NCBI RefSeq assembly: GCF_006345805.1
Contig: NC_043004.1
Location: 50,406,001 to 50,470,000, forward strand
Length of the DNA: 64,000 nt
Source: Octopus sinensis
Taxonomy: Eukaryota
Reading direction: 5' to 3'
The position numbers were made by a program, and so were the translations under genes. The notes beneath the pieces were generated by a model, which was given only the letters and a program-made list of their open reading frames with translations, was not told the DNA's origin and ran no database searches. This document shows, piece by piece, positions 13,404 to 25,615 of this stretch; position 1 is the stretch's first letter; the number at the start of each line of letters is the position of its first letter.

Positions 13404-14670
13404 TTTACTTATAAATAAGTACCCCAATAAATGTGAAGGCATATAGTCTAGTAGGTAGGCTGTTGGACTCAATATTGTAAGGCCATGAGTTTGATTCCAG
13501 GATTGTGGTGTGATGTATGCCCTTGGGCAAGGCATTTCATTTCATATAGCTCCATTCCTCTTATTAAAAGATATATTTTGTCTGTTGCTGAGTAGCTTCG
13601 CAGACTATTATCCCCCAATTTTAAGTACATAATGTCAATGCCTCTTAAAAAAATACTCATTGATGGATCATAAGAAAAGTAATCACACTGTTCTAAGTGG
13701 GAGTACTGTATTACTGATGAGTACTTTAAAATAGCATTCACATATTATAGCGTGGTACATGTTTGCTTCATTGTATAATATCACAAAACTATTACTCGGT
13801 GTTCCATAATTTGAAGGAAAAAATGCAATTAAATTTTAATTAATTAGTTGAAAAACTTGTTCACCTTTTACAATTTTTAACTGGCAATATATTAACCTTT
13901 TTGCATTTAACTCAGCCATATCCAGCCCAGATATTCTCTTTTATGTTCAAACTGACTGGTAAATTCAAAACAATATGAACGAAAAAAAAAAACAGGCACT
14001 GGAAGGCCACACCCTGTGCACAGATAAATTTCGCAAATTATATTTGATAGAATAATCTGAATGCTAAAGGGTTAAGGCATACTTATCAACCACTATGTGG
14101 TGTTTCTGGGGCAGGATATTATACCAACAGAAATAATAGATATGACTGGGTCATCTGGGACTCTGTTGTCTTTGACTGTTGTCAAATCCAGAATTACAAT
14201 TTCATGAAATAGTGCACGTTATTCTTATTATTCTCAGTTAACTTATTAACAGTCAGTATTTATTGATGCTCTGGAGAATGCTGTCTGTGTTGGGTCTTGT
14301 CATATCCCGGAGGAAATTTATCTTTCATTACAGTATCACTAATCTGTACACTGTATTCTAATTACCTCTGTTAACTGTCACCAGGGATAGGTGCTACCAT
14401 ATCATCTGGGAATATGTCTGTGATGGAATATCATCACATCCAGGAGTAGATTTATTTTTTTAACGCAATATCACAAGGTAGTATGCTATATTTTATTTTG
14501 CCTCAGTCCACTTAGTAGTTATAGATGTCAGCTTATGATCTGGGGAAATGTTACTTGTGATGGCCTGTTGTTATATCCAGTTGGAAGTTTATCTCATCCT
14601 CTGTATTGTGTTACAGTGTCGTAAATTACTTCAATTCACTTATCTTTCAGTCTAGGTTCCAGCTTGAAAG

Positions 14671-15104
14671 GGATCTTTTTGGTTTGACCGGCAGTTTTTT
14701 AAAAATAATTTCCATGTAACTAAACACTTTTAAACTTCGTATACTGGTAGAATGTGTTTATAAAATATCTTTTTCTCTTGGCTTTATTGAGAAAATTCTA
14801 TAGTTTGTAAGATATTTGTTGTTTTTTTTCCTTCAATTTCTGCAATTTCAACCAATCAATGACCTCTATTGAGGTGAAAACATTCTGTGCCGTATGAATA
14901 TGTCCCTCGTTTAAGAAACAGATTGGGTTTATTTACATTTCTAAAGAAAAAAGATACCATTCCCCCACCCCGAACCCTATCCCTAACTCTAACCCTAACC
15001 CTAAAACAGATTGAAATGCAATAGATTGATACTAGGGTCATAATTATGGTGACAATTTCATATGACACCGCTAGAAAAAACTGCCGTTCAAACCGAAAAG
15101 ATCC
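14671..15104. mobile_element. MITE with 30-bp GG-terminal TIRs and 8-bp TSD (Merlin-like)
   Basis: TIR GGATCTTTTYGGTTTGAMCGGCAGTTTTTT (2 mismatches). TSD CTTGAAAG at 14663-14670 and 15105-15112. Confidence 0.75.
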
Positions 15105-15154
15105 CTTGAAAGTATTGTTTTATTATTTGACTAATCAGTAATTGATTAGTCAAA

Positions 15155-15752
15155 GGTGGCAAGGTGGCAGACTCGTTAGCATGCCGGGCGAAATACTTAG
15201 TAGTATTTTGTCTGTCTTTATGTTCTGAGCTCAAATTCTGCCGGGGTCGACTTTGCCATTCATTCTTTCGGAGTCAATAAATTAAGTACCAGTTGCGTAC
15301 TGAGGTTGATCTAATTGACATCCCCCCCCCCCCGACAAAAAAATAATAATTTCAGGCCTTGTGCCTAGAGTAGAAAAGAAACGTTAGCACACCGAGCGAA
15401 ATGCTTAGCGGTTTTTCGTCTGTCTTTATGTTCTGAGTTCAAATTCCGCCGAGTTTAACTTTGCCTTTCATCCTTTGGGGTCAATAAATAAAGTACCAGT
15501 TACGCACTGGGTTCGATGTAATCGACTTAATCCGTTTGTCTGTCCTTGTTTGTCCCCTTTATGTTTAGCCCCTTGAGGGCAATAAAGAAATAGGAATTTC
15601 GTCTGTTCTGAGTTCAAGTTCCGCCAAGGTCGATTTTGCCTTTCATCCTTTCGGGGTCGATAAATTAAGTACCAGTTGTATACTGGGTCGATCTAATCGA
15701 TGCCCCCCCCCTCTCCAAAAATTTTGGGCCTTTTGCCTAGAGTAGAAAAGAA
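15155..15752 (+). mobile_element. Three tandem SINE family B copies (gagctggcagaaacgttagc head; two tail types)
   Basis: Repeated ttctgagttcaaattccgccgaggtcgactttgcctttcatcctttcggggtcgataaattaagtaccagt. Other copies at 25171-25390, 42891-43030, 47588-47835 and 54168-54385. Confidence 0.8.
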
Positions 15753-16615
15753 TATTTAATTAGTCAAAGCCAAATCAAACTTTTGATGTTAGTTCTTCCT
15801 GCTTCACATACTGCACTCTCTGACATGCAGTGATGAATTGCATGGGGTGCACCATGACATTCTAGACATATTGCACTCTGTCCACTGTTTGGTATGTCTC
15901 TATATCTGTAGATTTAGATGGCAGCTTCAATGAAAGCTAGCTCAACGGACTTGGCGAGAATGTGACAACTGCTATTTTTCTGCTCTTGTTGACAATGTTT
16001 GTTGATATTGGCAGCAGGGCTGTGCTGGTGGGGGCCAGCAGTGGTGGTGCTGGTGTTGTTGGTGGTGGCAGCAGCAATGCCAGTGATGATGGTGGTGGTA
16101 TCGTTGGCGATAACAGTAATCGTTATTATGGATCTTGCTGAAACAAGGAAAAAGAAAACAAGGGCTGGATGAAACTATAGTTTTCAGTTTTCTTTTTAAG
16201 TTGTGTATGGGTTACAGTTATATTTTATGGATAATTTTGTGTTTGTTTTGTGTTCTTCAGATTTGAACAGCTATTGTCGTTGTTATTTGAGTGATTTAAT
16301 TCTTGTTCTACAGAAGGAATTGTGGGTCATTTGAGAGGTGATTTAATGTCGGACACTGCTCCAGTTTATTCAGCTATTTTCATTTTTTAATTGCAGACAA
16401 ATAAATTGCTTTTTTGTGATGAAAATGTTTGTAAATGAAGAAATGATAAAAATATGAGAAAATATTTGATAAGGATCATACGAAAATATGAAAAAATTTG
16501 GATGACAATGTGATATTTGATTATGAGAAAATAAAAATAGGGAAAGATTTTGATGATAATATGATAAAAATGTAATAAAAATATTTGTTAATGATGACAA
16601 AAATATTACAAAACG

Positions 16616-17829
16616 GGATCGAGAAATTAATTTTTTGTAACTAAATACTTTCAAACTTTGGACACTGGCAGAATGTGTCATGTAAAACATCTTTTAGTGT
16701 TGTTGAGAAAAGTTTCTATTTTCAAAGTTATTTCGTGTTAAAATTGTCGTATTTCGGTAATTTCAACCAATCAATGACGTGTATTCAGCTGAATAAAATC
16801 ACTGCTATTGTTTGTCAACAACTTCCGGCGGTGTATATTTCGTTTGTCACTGTTATTTATGACATATTTCATCTCAGTTACGTTTGTATGAATAAACGAG
16901 TGTATCTGAAGCATGTTTACTTCATGGCACCACCATAATCGTTCGTGCATTTCTATTGCTTTTAGTTGTTTTTCCTGTGTTTCAGCTACTGTTTTTGGAA
17001 ATACTTTTTTGCCCCCCTACCTCCATTTTCTTCATTTCACTTTTTTCCGTAACTCTAACCCTAAAACTGCAACCCTAACCCTAAAACCCCAATCCTAACC
17101 CTAACCCTAAAACCCTAACCTTTACTCTAAAACCCTAACCCTAACACCCTAGCCCTAACTCTAAAACCCTAACCCTAACTCTAAAACCGTAACCCTAACC
17201 CTAAAACCCTAACCCTCTAACCCTAACCTTAACTCTAAAACCCTAAACCTAACCCTAAAACCCTAACCTTTACTCTAAAACCCTAACCCTAATACCCTAA
17301 CCTTAACTCTAAAACCCTAACCTTAACTCTATAACCCTAACCTTAACTTTATAACCCTAACCCTAACCCTAAAACCCTAACCCTAACCCTAAAACCCTAA
17401 CCCTCTAACCCTAACCTTAACTCTAAAACCCTAACCTTAACTCTAAAACCCTAACCCTAACTCTAAAACTCTAACCCTAACCCTGAAACCCTAACCCCCT
17501 AACCCTAACTCTAAAACTCTAACCCTAACCCCAAAACCCTAAAGCTAAAACCAGTACAAACGCACAAACGATGTCATAAATAACAGTGACAAATGAACTA
17601 TACACCACCAATAGTTGTTGTTGACAAGCAACGGCAGTAATTTTATTCAGCTGAATACACATCATTGATTGGTTGAAATTACCGAAATACGACAACTTTA
17701 ACACGAAATGACTTTGAAAATAGAAACTTTTCTCAACAACACTAAGAGTAAGAGATGTTTTATATGACACATTCTTCCAGTGTCTGAAGTTCGAAAGTGT
17801 TTAGTTACAAAAAATTAATTTCTTGATCT
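16616..17829. mobile_element. Long-TIR non-autonomous DNA element related to the 14671 MITE
   Basis: About 250-bp inverted arms (16616-16862 / 17572-17829) starting GGATC. Subterminal similarity to 14710-14870. Confidence 0.7.
17050..17552 (+). repeat. Interstitial telomere-like (TAACCC)n/(TAAAACCC) array
   Basis: Degenerate CCCTAA repeats mixed with CCCTAAAA and CTCTAA variants. Confidence 0.9.
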
Positions 17830-18030
17830 GCCATTCAAAAAGAAAAGATCCACAAAAAGATTTTGATGATGATATGATTTATATCACATTTGGTGAACAC
17901 TAGCATTGTGGGTTACAAGTGTCCAACAGCTCAATCATTGATATGTTTTAGTTCAACATATCGACCCCAGGACTTATTCCTTAAGCCTAGTACTTATTCT
18001 GCCTGTCTCTTTTGCCAAACTGCTAGGTTA

Positions 18031-18197
18031 TGCAGAAATGGCTGTGTGGTAAGTAGCTTGCTAACCAACCACATGGTTCCGGGTTCAGTCCCACTGCGTG
18101 GCATCTTGGGCAAGTGTCTTCTGCTATAGCCCCGGGCTGACCAATGCCTTGTGAGTGGATTTGGTAGACGGAAACTGAAAGAAGCCTGTTGTATATA

Positions 18198-18252
<55 letters not shown>

Positions 18253-18443
18253 TTGTCCCCCTAGCATTGCTTGACAACCAATGCTGGTGTGTTTACGTCC
18301 CCGTAACTTAGCGGTTCGGCAAAAGAGACCGATATAAGTACTGGGCTTACAAAGAATAAGTCCTGGGGTCGATTTGTCGACTAAAAGTGGTGCTCCAGCA
18401 TGGCCGCAGTCAAATGACTGAAACAAGTAAAAGAGTAAAAGAG
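18031..18443 (+). mobile_element. SINE family A
   Basis: Head ggctgtgtggtaagtagcttgc; tail gaaacaagtaaaagagtaaaagag. Confidence 0.85.
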
Positions 18444-20199
18444 ACACCAACTCCAGTTGTCAAGTGGTGATGCAGGGACAAACACATACATGAATACACA
18501 CACTCACACACATACGATAGGCTTCTTTCAGTTTCCATCTACTAAATCCACTCACAAGTCTTTGGTTGGCCCAAGGCTATAGTAGAAAACACTTACCCAA
18601 GTGCCACACAGCAGGACTAACCTGGAACCAAGTGGTTGGGAAGCAAGCTTCTTACTACACAGCCATGCCTAGCACATAAAAAAAAACGTTAAACACAATG
18701 AGAAACAAAAACATAAAAACAAAAACATAGAAAACAAACTTTTTTCGAACAGCGAAAAAACAAACAGAGAAACGAGACATGCAACATAAAGAATATTCCC
18801 CTTCATCAGTTGTCTCTGTTTCATCTACTCCACGTTTCGAAGGCAATGACAATACACAATTTTGTTGAAACAGTTCTTCCCGCTAAGCAAATTAAATAAA
18901 ATTTGGGACTTTTTGCAGAGAGTGAAAGTGGTAACAAGAACGGGACAGTGAGAACAAATGGTGAGGGCTGTTAAGACAAGATGATAGAAAAATTATTATA
19001 TAAAATTTATATTATAATATGATTGAATGCCACACATCCTTTTCAAAGTAAGTTTTATCTTAATAATCATGATGCGCACTCTTCTATCTCTATTATCTCT
19101 TCTCTGTCTCTCTCTCTCTCCCTCTCTTCTTCATCCTTTCTGGTTTTCTCTCCCACCCTTCCCTATTCTCCTCTCCTCTCCTCTTCACCGTTCCCTCTCT
19201 CTCACTCTTCCTCTTTGACTCTCTCTTCGCTGACACGTGACGAAAGGGAATCTATCTTTCTGCCCATTTCCTTCCTAAAGACAACATGTTTTTATACCTG
19301 TTTCCTCTCATAAGCTCGTCTTCCTAGCCTCCATAATAATGCTCTCCGGTTGTGCATACATTCACAAACGACTGACTATATACACAAGTCATCAAGGTCA
19401 GACATAGTACACTCACTGCACCTATTGCACCATTGTCTGTAGACTTTAGACCCAAACGAATTGCAGTTCCAAGTTAGGTAAAGGATAAAGAAATAACAAT
19501 AGATGGACTCACTGACCAAATTTGTGCTGGTAGAGTCATCTGATGCTATGTACTTGTTCTTGAGAAGTTCTAATTGTTAATTCTTGCCTGTATTCATCTG
19601 ATCAAAATGGGTTTTTTTTACATGATGTAACACTAATGTTCATTAATAAAAAACATATCTGAAACAATGGTAGTGAACCACAATGCATCTCTTGTTATTG
19701 CTGATATATATATATCTCAAGTTTCTTTCAGTTTCTGTGTAACAAATCCACTTCCAAGGCTTTTGTTGGCCTGGGGCAACAGTGGAAGACACTTGCCCTA
19801 GTTGCCATGCAGTGGGACAGAACCTAGAACCTTGCAGTTGGAAAGTAAACTATAATTGTTTCAGATATTGTTGATTATAGTGGTAGTTAGTAGTATAAAA
19901 TAGATTTGTACACTGTCTATATATGTGGAGAAATATATATATATATATATATATATATCATCATCATCATCATCATCATCGTTTAACGTCCGTTTTCCGC
20001 GCTAGCACGGGTTGGACGGTTTCGACCGGGGTCTGGGGAGCTCGGGACTGCCCCAGGCTCCAGTCTAGTCTGGCAGTGTTTCTACAGCTGGATGCCCTTC
20101 TAACGCCAACCACTCCGCGAGTGTAGTGGGTGTTTTTTACGTGCCACCTGCACAGGTGCCAGAGGGGTCTGGCATCGGCCACGTTCGGATGGTGCTTTT

Positions 20200-20775
20200 T
20201 ATGGGGGGGGTGCAGAAATATAGGGGAGCACCAGTGGGAGGGGTGGTTCAGAGGACAGGTACTAGTCAAGTAGAACGTAGGATATCGAGAGAGGGGTAAT
20301 GCATGGTGAAATAGCGTATTGAAGAGGGGGGTTCAAAGAGTAGACACCTATAATGGTGGTGGGGGGTGCAGAAATATAGGGGAGCAGCGTATTGAAGAGG
20401 GGGTTCAAAGAGTAGACACCTATAATGGTGGTGGGGGGTGCAGAATATAGGGGAGCACCAGGGGGAGGGGTGGGCACCAGTGGGAGGGGTGGTTCAGAGG
20501 ACAGGTTCTAGGCAAGTAGAACGTAGGATATCGAGAGAGGGGTAATGCATGGTGAAATAGCGTATTGAAGAGGGGGGGGTTCAAAGAGTAGACACCTATA
20601 ATGGTGGTGGGGGGTGCAGAAATATAGGGGAGCACCAGTGGGAGGGGTGAGCACCAGTGGGAGGGGTGGTCCAGAGGACAGGTTCTAGGCAAGTAGAACG
20701 TAGGATATCGAGAGAGGGGTAATGCATGGTGAAATAGCGTATTGAAGAGGGGGTTCAAAGAGTAGACACCTATAA
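20200..20775. repeat. GC-rich tandem repeat, about 160-190 bp unit, about 3 copies
   Basis: Repeated ggggagcaccagtgggaggggtgg...caagtagaacgtaggatatcgagagagggg...agtagacacctataatggtggt. Confidence 0.85.
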
Positions 20776-20869
20776 TGGTGGTGGGAGAAAAAACGACATC
20801 CGGTATAGTTGGAGCAAAATAGAGATATCCGGTATTGGTGGTGGGGGTGGGTAGGGCGGGCGCGCCGCG

Positions 20870-21390
20870 AAGAATCGGCAGCCAATTTCTATAAGGGAGA
20901 TAGATCTTAAAATATCAATAACGATAACTAGTGAATTATACAGAATATGCAAAACGAGGCGAGGCGAGGCTGAAATAGTAAACAGAGTGGCGACTAGGGG
21001 GATCAGAATAATAATAATTAATAAATAATAATAATAATAAATAGAGATACGGATGAATTAAAGTTCAAAGATTTCTTATCTTGAGATCACTTCGTTTACG
21101 GACAGACTTGGCAAAAGGAATTCGGAATCAAGAATGAGGCATTTTACTAGCTTAAGTATGCATAGCCATGGCGGGTGGTAGGAAGAGAGGAGTCCAGACA
21201 GACGACAATGTAACAAGAGGGGGAGAGAAGGGAAGAGAAAAGAAAAACCCCGCGAAGAATCGGCAGCCAATTTCTATAAGGGAGATAGATCTTAAAATAT
21301 CAATAACGATAACTAGTGAATTATACAGAATATGCAAAACGAGGCGAGGCGAGGCTGAAATAGTAAACAGAGTGGCGACTAGGGGGATCA

Positions 21391-21426
<36 letters not shown>

Positions 21427-21772
21427 GAGATACGGATGAATTAAAGTTCAAAGATTTCTTATCTTGAGATCACTTCGTTTACGGACAGACTTGGCAAAAG
21501 GAATTCGGAATCAAGAATGAGGCATTTTACTAGCTTAAGTATGCATAGCCATGGCGGGTGGTAGGAAGAGAGGAGTCCAGACAGACGACAATGTAACAAG
21601 AGGGGGAGAGAAGGGAAGAGAAAAGAAAAACCCCGCGAAGAATCGGCAGCCAATTTCTATAAGGGAGATAGATCTTAAAATATCAATAACGATAACTAGT
21701 GAATTATACATAATATGCAAAACGAGGCGAGGCAAGGCTGAAATAGTAAACAGAGTGGCGACTAGGGGGATC
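20870..21772. repeat. 383-bp tandem repeat, about 2.4 copies
   Basis: Near-identical units; ORFs 21076-21270 and 21459-21653 are identical at an offset of 383. Confidence 0.9.
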
Positions 21773-21950
21773 ATATATATATATATATATATACTGGAGT
21801 AAGCACATAAATGTGAAACAAGGTGGAAAAAAGAGTTCTCAAATACCAGTGGTAAAGTAATATGCTTTATTTAAAGCAGCAGAAAATTCAACAAACCTGT
21901 TACTCTGAGTTTCCCGTTGCCGTTCTTCGGACAGTTTTTGCTAGCAAAAA

Positions 21951-21988
21951 CTGTCCGATGAACAGCAACGTGAAACTCAGAGTAACAG
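21951..21988 (+). ncRNA. Type I hammerhead-like motif in a PLE-LTR palindrome (mirror copy on - strand at about 21897-21934)
   Basis: CTGT-CCGATGA-ACA-GCAA-CGT-GAAA-CTC-A-GAG-TA-ACAG: stems I and III pair, stem II has 2 of 3 pairs, GUA triplet, U4C core variant. Confidence 0.6.
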
Positions 21989-23212
21989 GTTTTGTTGAAT
22001 TTTCTGCTGCTTTAAATAAAGTATATATATATATATATATATATATACTTATAGTTATATACCAATACAATATTTGTCAAATATTGGTAGTTAGTACATT
22101 CACATACACTTGTGCATAACAGCATAATATATTTTTTCAGATACTGTTGGTTATAATAATAGCAGTATAAAATACATTTCAATATTGATTGCATATAAAG
22201 ACAGAAAACTGGCAGAACCATTAGCATCCCAGGCGGGATGCTTAGTGGAATTTCGTCCATATGTATGTTCATCATCATTGTCATCATCGTTTAACAGCTG
22301 CTTTCCATGCTAGCATGGGTTGGATAGTTTGACATGGAGGCTGGCTAGCTGGGGAACTGTCCAGACTCCAGTTATCTGTTGTGGCATGGTTTCTGTGGCT
22401 GGATGCCCTTCCTAAATGCCAACCACTTTACAGAGTGTGTTGAGTGCTTTCTACGTGCCACTGGCACAGATGCCTTTTATGTGACATTGGCACCTGAAAA
22501 GACAAGCCTACATGTCTGTGGAAGACAGTGATTTTATTTAGCTTGATGTGTTTAAATTCCGACTTCAAATTCTGCTGAGGTCGACTTTAGGGGTTGATAA
22601 AATAAATACCAGTTGAGCCTCGGGGCTGATGTAATTGATTTACCTCTACCACAAAATTGCTGCCTTGTGCCAAAATGTGAAACCAATAGCAACCACCACA
22701 CACATTGTTATATCTCTTCATCTTTTATCTTTTATATGTTTCATTCATTGACCTATGGCCATGCTGGGGCACTATGTTCAAGGGTTTTCATCAAACGAAT
22801 TGACCCCAGTATTTATTTATTGAAGTCTGATACTTATTCTGTTAGTTTCTTTTACTGAATCACTGAGTTATGGGGATGTAATCAAACCAACACCAGTTGT
22901 TATCACACAGTTGTGGGGGATGGATACAAAAACAGGCATACACATGCACACACACACACGTGCACACACACACACAACACACACACACACACACACACAC
23001 CACACACACACATGACTGGCAGCTTTCAGTTTCCGTCTATCAAATCCACTCGCAAGGCTTTGGTCAATCTGGAGGCTATGATAGAAAACATTTGCCTAAG
23101 ATGCCATGCAGTGAGATTGAACCCAGAACCATGAGGTGGGAAAAGTAAACTTCTTACCACACAGCCACATCTGCATCTATATGTAATACAATATATTTCA
23201 AACATTGATGTA

Positions 23213-24502
23213 CAAGGGGCATTCAATAAGTAATGCCCCTGACCCACTTCCCATAGCAGTAGAGCAACGAAACTTGGCACAGTTATTAGTCTTTTTCTAC
23301 ATAGGAACCACCCCGAGTTACGCATTTCTCCCATTGTTTGATGCAGCTCTGGAGACCGTTTTTGTAGAAGACCCCAGCTTGGTCCTCCAACCTGAACGTG
23401 ACTTCAGAAATCAAGGCTGCATCATCTGGGAAACGCTTTCCTTTCAAAAACAACTTCATGACTGGGAAGAGGTGAAAATCAGAGGGTGCAAGGTCAGGAA
23501 AGTAGGGGGATGGGGGAGGAGTTCATAGCCATACGCCTGTGCTTCTGATCTGGCGACAAGCGAGTTGTGGACCGGAGCATTGTCCTGCAGGAGCAGGATG
23601 CCTTTACTGATCTTGCCCCGCCTCTTGATTTTGATAACTTCTCTTAATTTCCTCAAAAGTGAAGCATAATAGGCTCCTGCAATTGTGGTACCCTTTGCCA
23701 GGAAATCTGTCATCACTACTCTGTCCTGGTCCCAGAAGACTGTGAGCATGACCTTGCCAGTGGAGGGCTGCACCCTTGCCTTCTTTGGAGGGGGTGAGTC
23801 ACGGTGCTTCCACTGCATTGACTGGGCTTTGGTCTCTGGATCATCGTGATGGACCCAGGTTTCATCCTGTGTAATCAGTCTTTTGAAAAATTTTGACTCA
23901 TCTTCTTGGCACATCTCCAAATTCACCCTCGAGCACTCGACGCGTTCTTGCTTCTGGAAAGGCGTGAGCAACCTGGGAATCCATCTGGCAGACACCTTTT
24001 GCATATGCAAATGGTCATGAATGATAGTTTCCACAGACCCGGTACTAATCTTGACCTCATGGGCTATTTGGCGAATAATTATGCGTTGATCTTCCAAAAT
24101 GGCAGCCTCAACTTGACGGACGGATGCCTCATCAATGGCAGAAGGGGTGACCAGATCTGGGAGCTGTTTCCACAGAGTTCCGACCATGTTTGATTTCACG
24201 ATGCCAGCGTTTTACAAGGTCATATGATGGGGCATCATCACCATAAGTTACTTTCATTTCATCAAAAGTCTCCCGTGGTGTGCGTCCTTTCAAATACAAA
24301 AACCGGATCACTGCTCGACACTCAACAGGCTCCATTTCACACTTGACTCGGTTCAAACACCTGTAAATCAGAAACCACAATTAATTCAGAGCTGTAATTT
24401 GCCACCTACTCTATAGAGATATAAATGATTGCACATGCAAAATTTCAGCTAGATCAAACAACTGCAAATGGGTCAGAGGCATTACTTATTGAACGTCCCT
24501 CG
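23213..24502 (-). mobile_element. Full-length mariner (DD34D) transposon, 1290 bp
   Basis: TA TSDs at 23211-23212 and 24503-24504; 34-bp TIRs with 4 mismatches; transposase motifs WIPRLL, QDETW, QDNAP, PDLAPSDF. Confidence 0.95.
23286..24335 (-). pseudogene. Mariner transposase with two frameshifts (349 aa when corrected)
   Basis: ATG at 24335, TAA at 23286; +1 base at about 24142 and -1 base in the G run at 23505-23509; no internal stops otherwise. Confidence 0.9.
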
Positions 24503-24562
24503 TATATAGTTAGTAGTACAAAATAGTAGTATAAAATACAGTCCAGTACTGACCACAAATGA

Positions 24563-24965
24563 AGAGAAATGCACTGTGGTAAGTAGGTTGTTTACCAACC
24601 ACATGGTTCCGGGTTCAGTCCCACTGTGTGGCACCTTGGGCAAGTGTCTTCTACTATAGCCTCGGGCCGACCAAAGCCTTGTGAGTGGATTTGGTAGATG
24701 GAAACTGAAAGAAGCCCGTCATATATATGTATATATATATATGCGTTGGTGTGTTTGTGTGTCTGTGTTTGTCCCCCTAGCATTGCTTGACAACCGATGC
24801 TGGTGCGTTTATGTTCCCGTTACTTAGTGGTTCAGCAAAAGAGACCGATAGAATAAGTACTGGGCTTACAAAAGAATAAGTCCCGGGATCGAGTTGCTCG
24901 ATTAAAAAAAAAGGCGGTGCTCCAGCATGGCCGCAGTCAAATGACTGAAACAAGTAAAAAAAGAG
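24563..24965 (+). mobile_element. SINE family A
   Basis: Same head, microsatellite and tail. Confidence 0.8.
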
Positions 24966-25615
24966 AAAAAAAAAAGGATACACACACCACCATCTTTAGC
25001 TCTATTTCCAGCTACTCCCAGCCACTTATATAATACGGGATAGTCATGTATCTCCTCTATTGTGAAGACACATGTACCTGTCCCTGTTATACCTTAGCCT
25101 CAGAATAACACCTGGCGCCATAAAGCCACCTCCCTCTCTTATACAACCTCACTCAATGGAGGTGGTGGTGGGGCAGAAACGTTAGCAACCGGGTGAAATG
25201 CGTAGCCGTATTTCGTCTGCCGTTACGTTCTGAGTTCAAATTCCGCCGAGGTCAACTTTGCCTTACATCCTTTCAGGGTCGATTAAATAAGTACCAGTTA
25301 CGCACTGGGGTCGATGTAATCGACTTAATCCGTTTGTCTGTCCTTGTTTGTCCCCTCTGTGTTTAGCCCCTTGTGGGTAGTAAAGAAATACTTTAGCTTG
25401 CAATTTATTTGCTGACCACACCAATGCTTGTGCAGGTGTCATGCAATTAAAAAAAAAAGCACTTTGTACACTTTGTTAAGTGGTTGGCTTTAGGAAGGGC
25501 ATCCAACCATAGAAACCATACCAAAGCGGACACTGGAACTCGACTTAGTCCTGCGGCTCCTTGAAGAGAATTACACATTCATAGGTACATTCAAATATAT
25601 CAATACTGATCCTAT

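Noticed and set aside
15788-15891. Possible upstream exon with a gtatgt donor and an ATG GGG TGC (MGC) sequence
   Set aside because: The MGC frame stops after a few codons and the donor-phase frame has no ATG. It could be a UTR exon but is unsupported without transcripts.
17050-17552. True telomere or chromosome end
   Set aside because: The array is degenerate, internal, and enclosed by inverted arms.
18781-18860. Type II hammerhead-like arrangement on the - strand (GAAA...CTGATGA)
   Set aside because: The cleavage position would be G and stem I does not pair.
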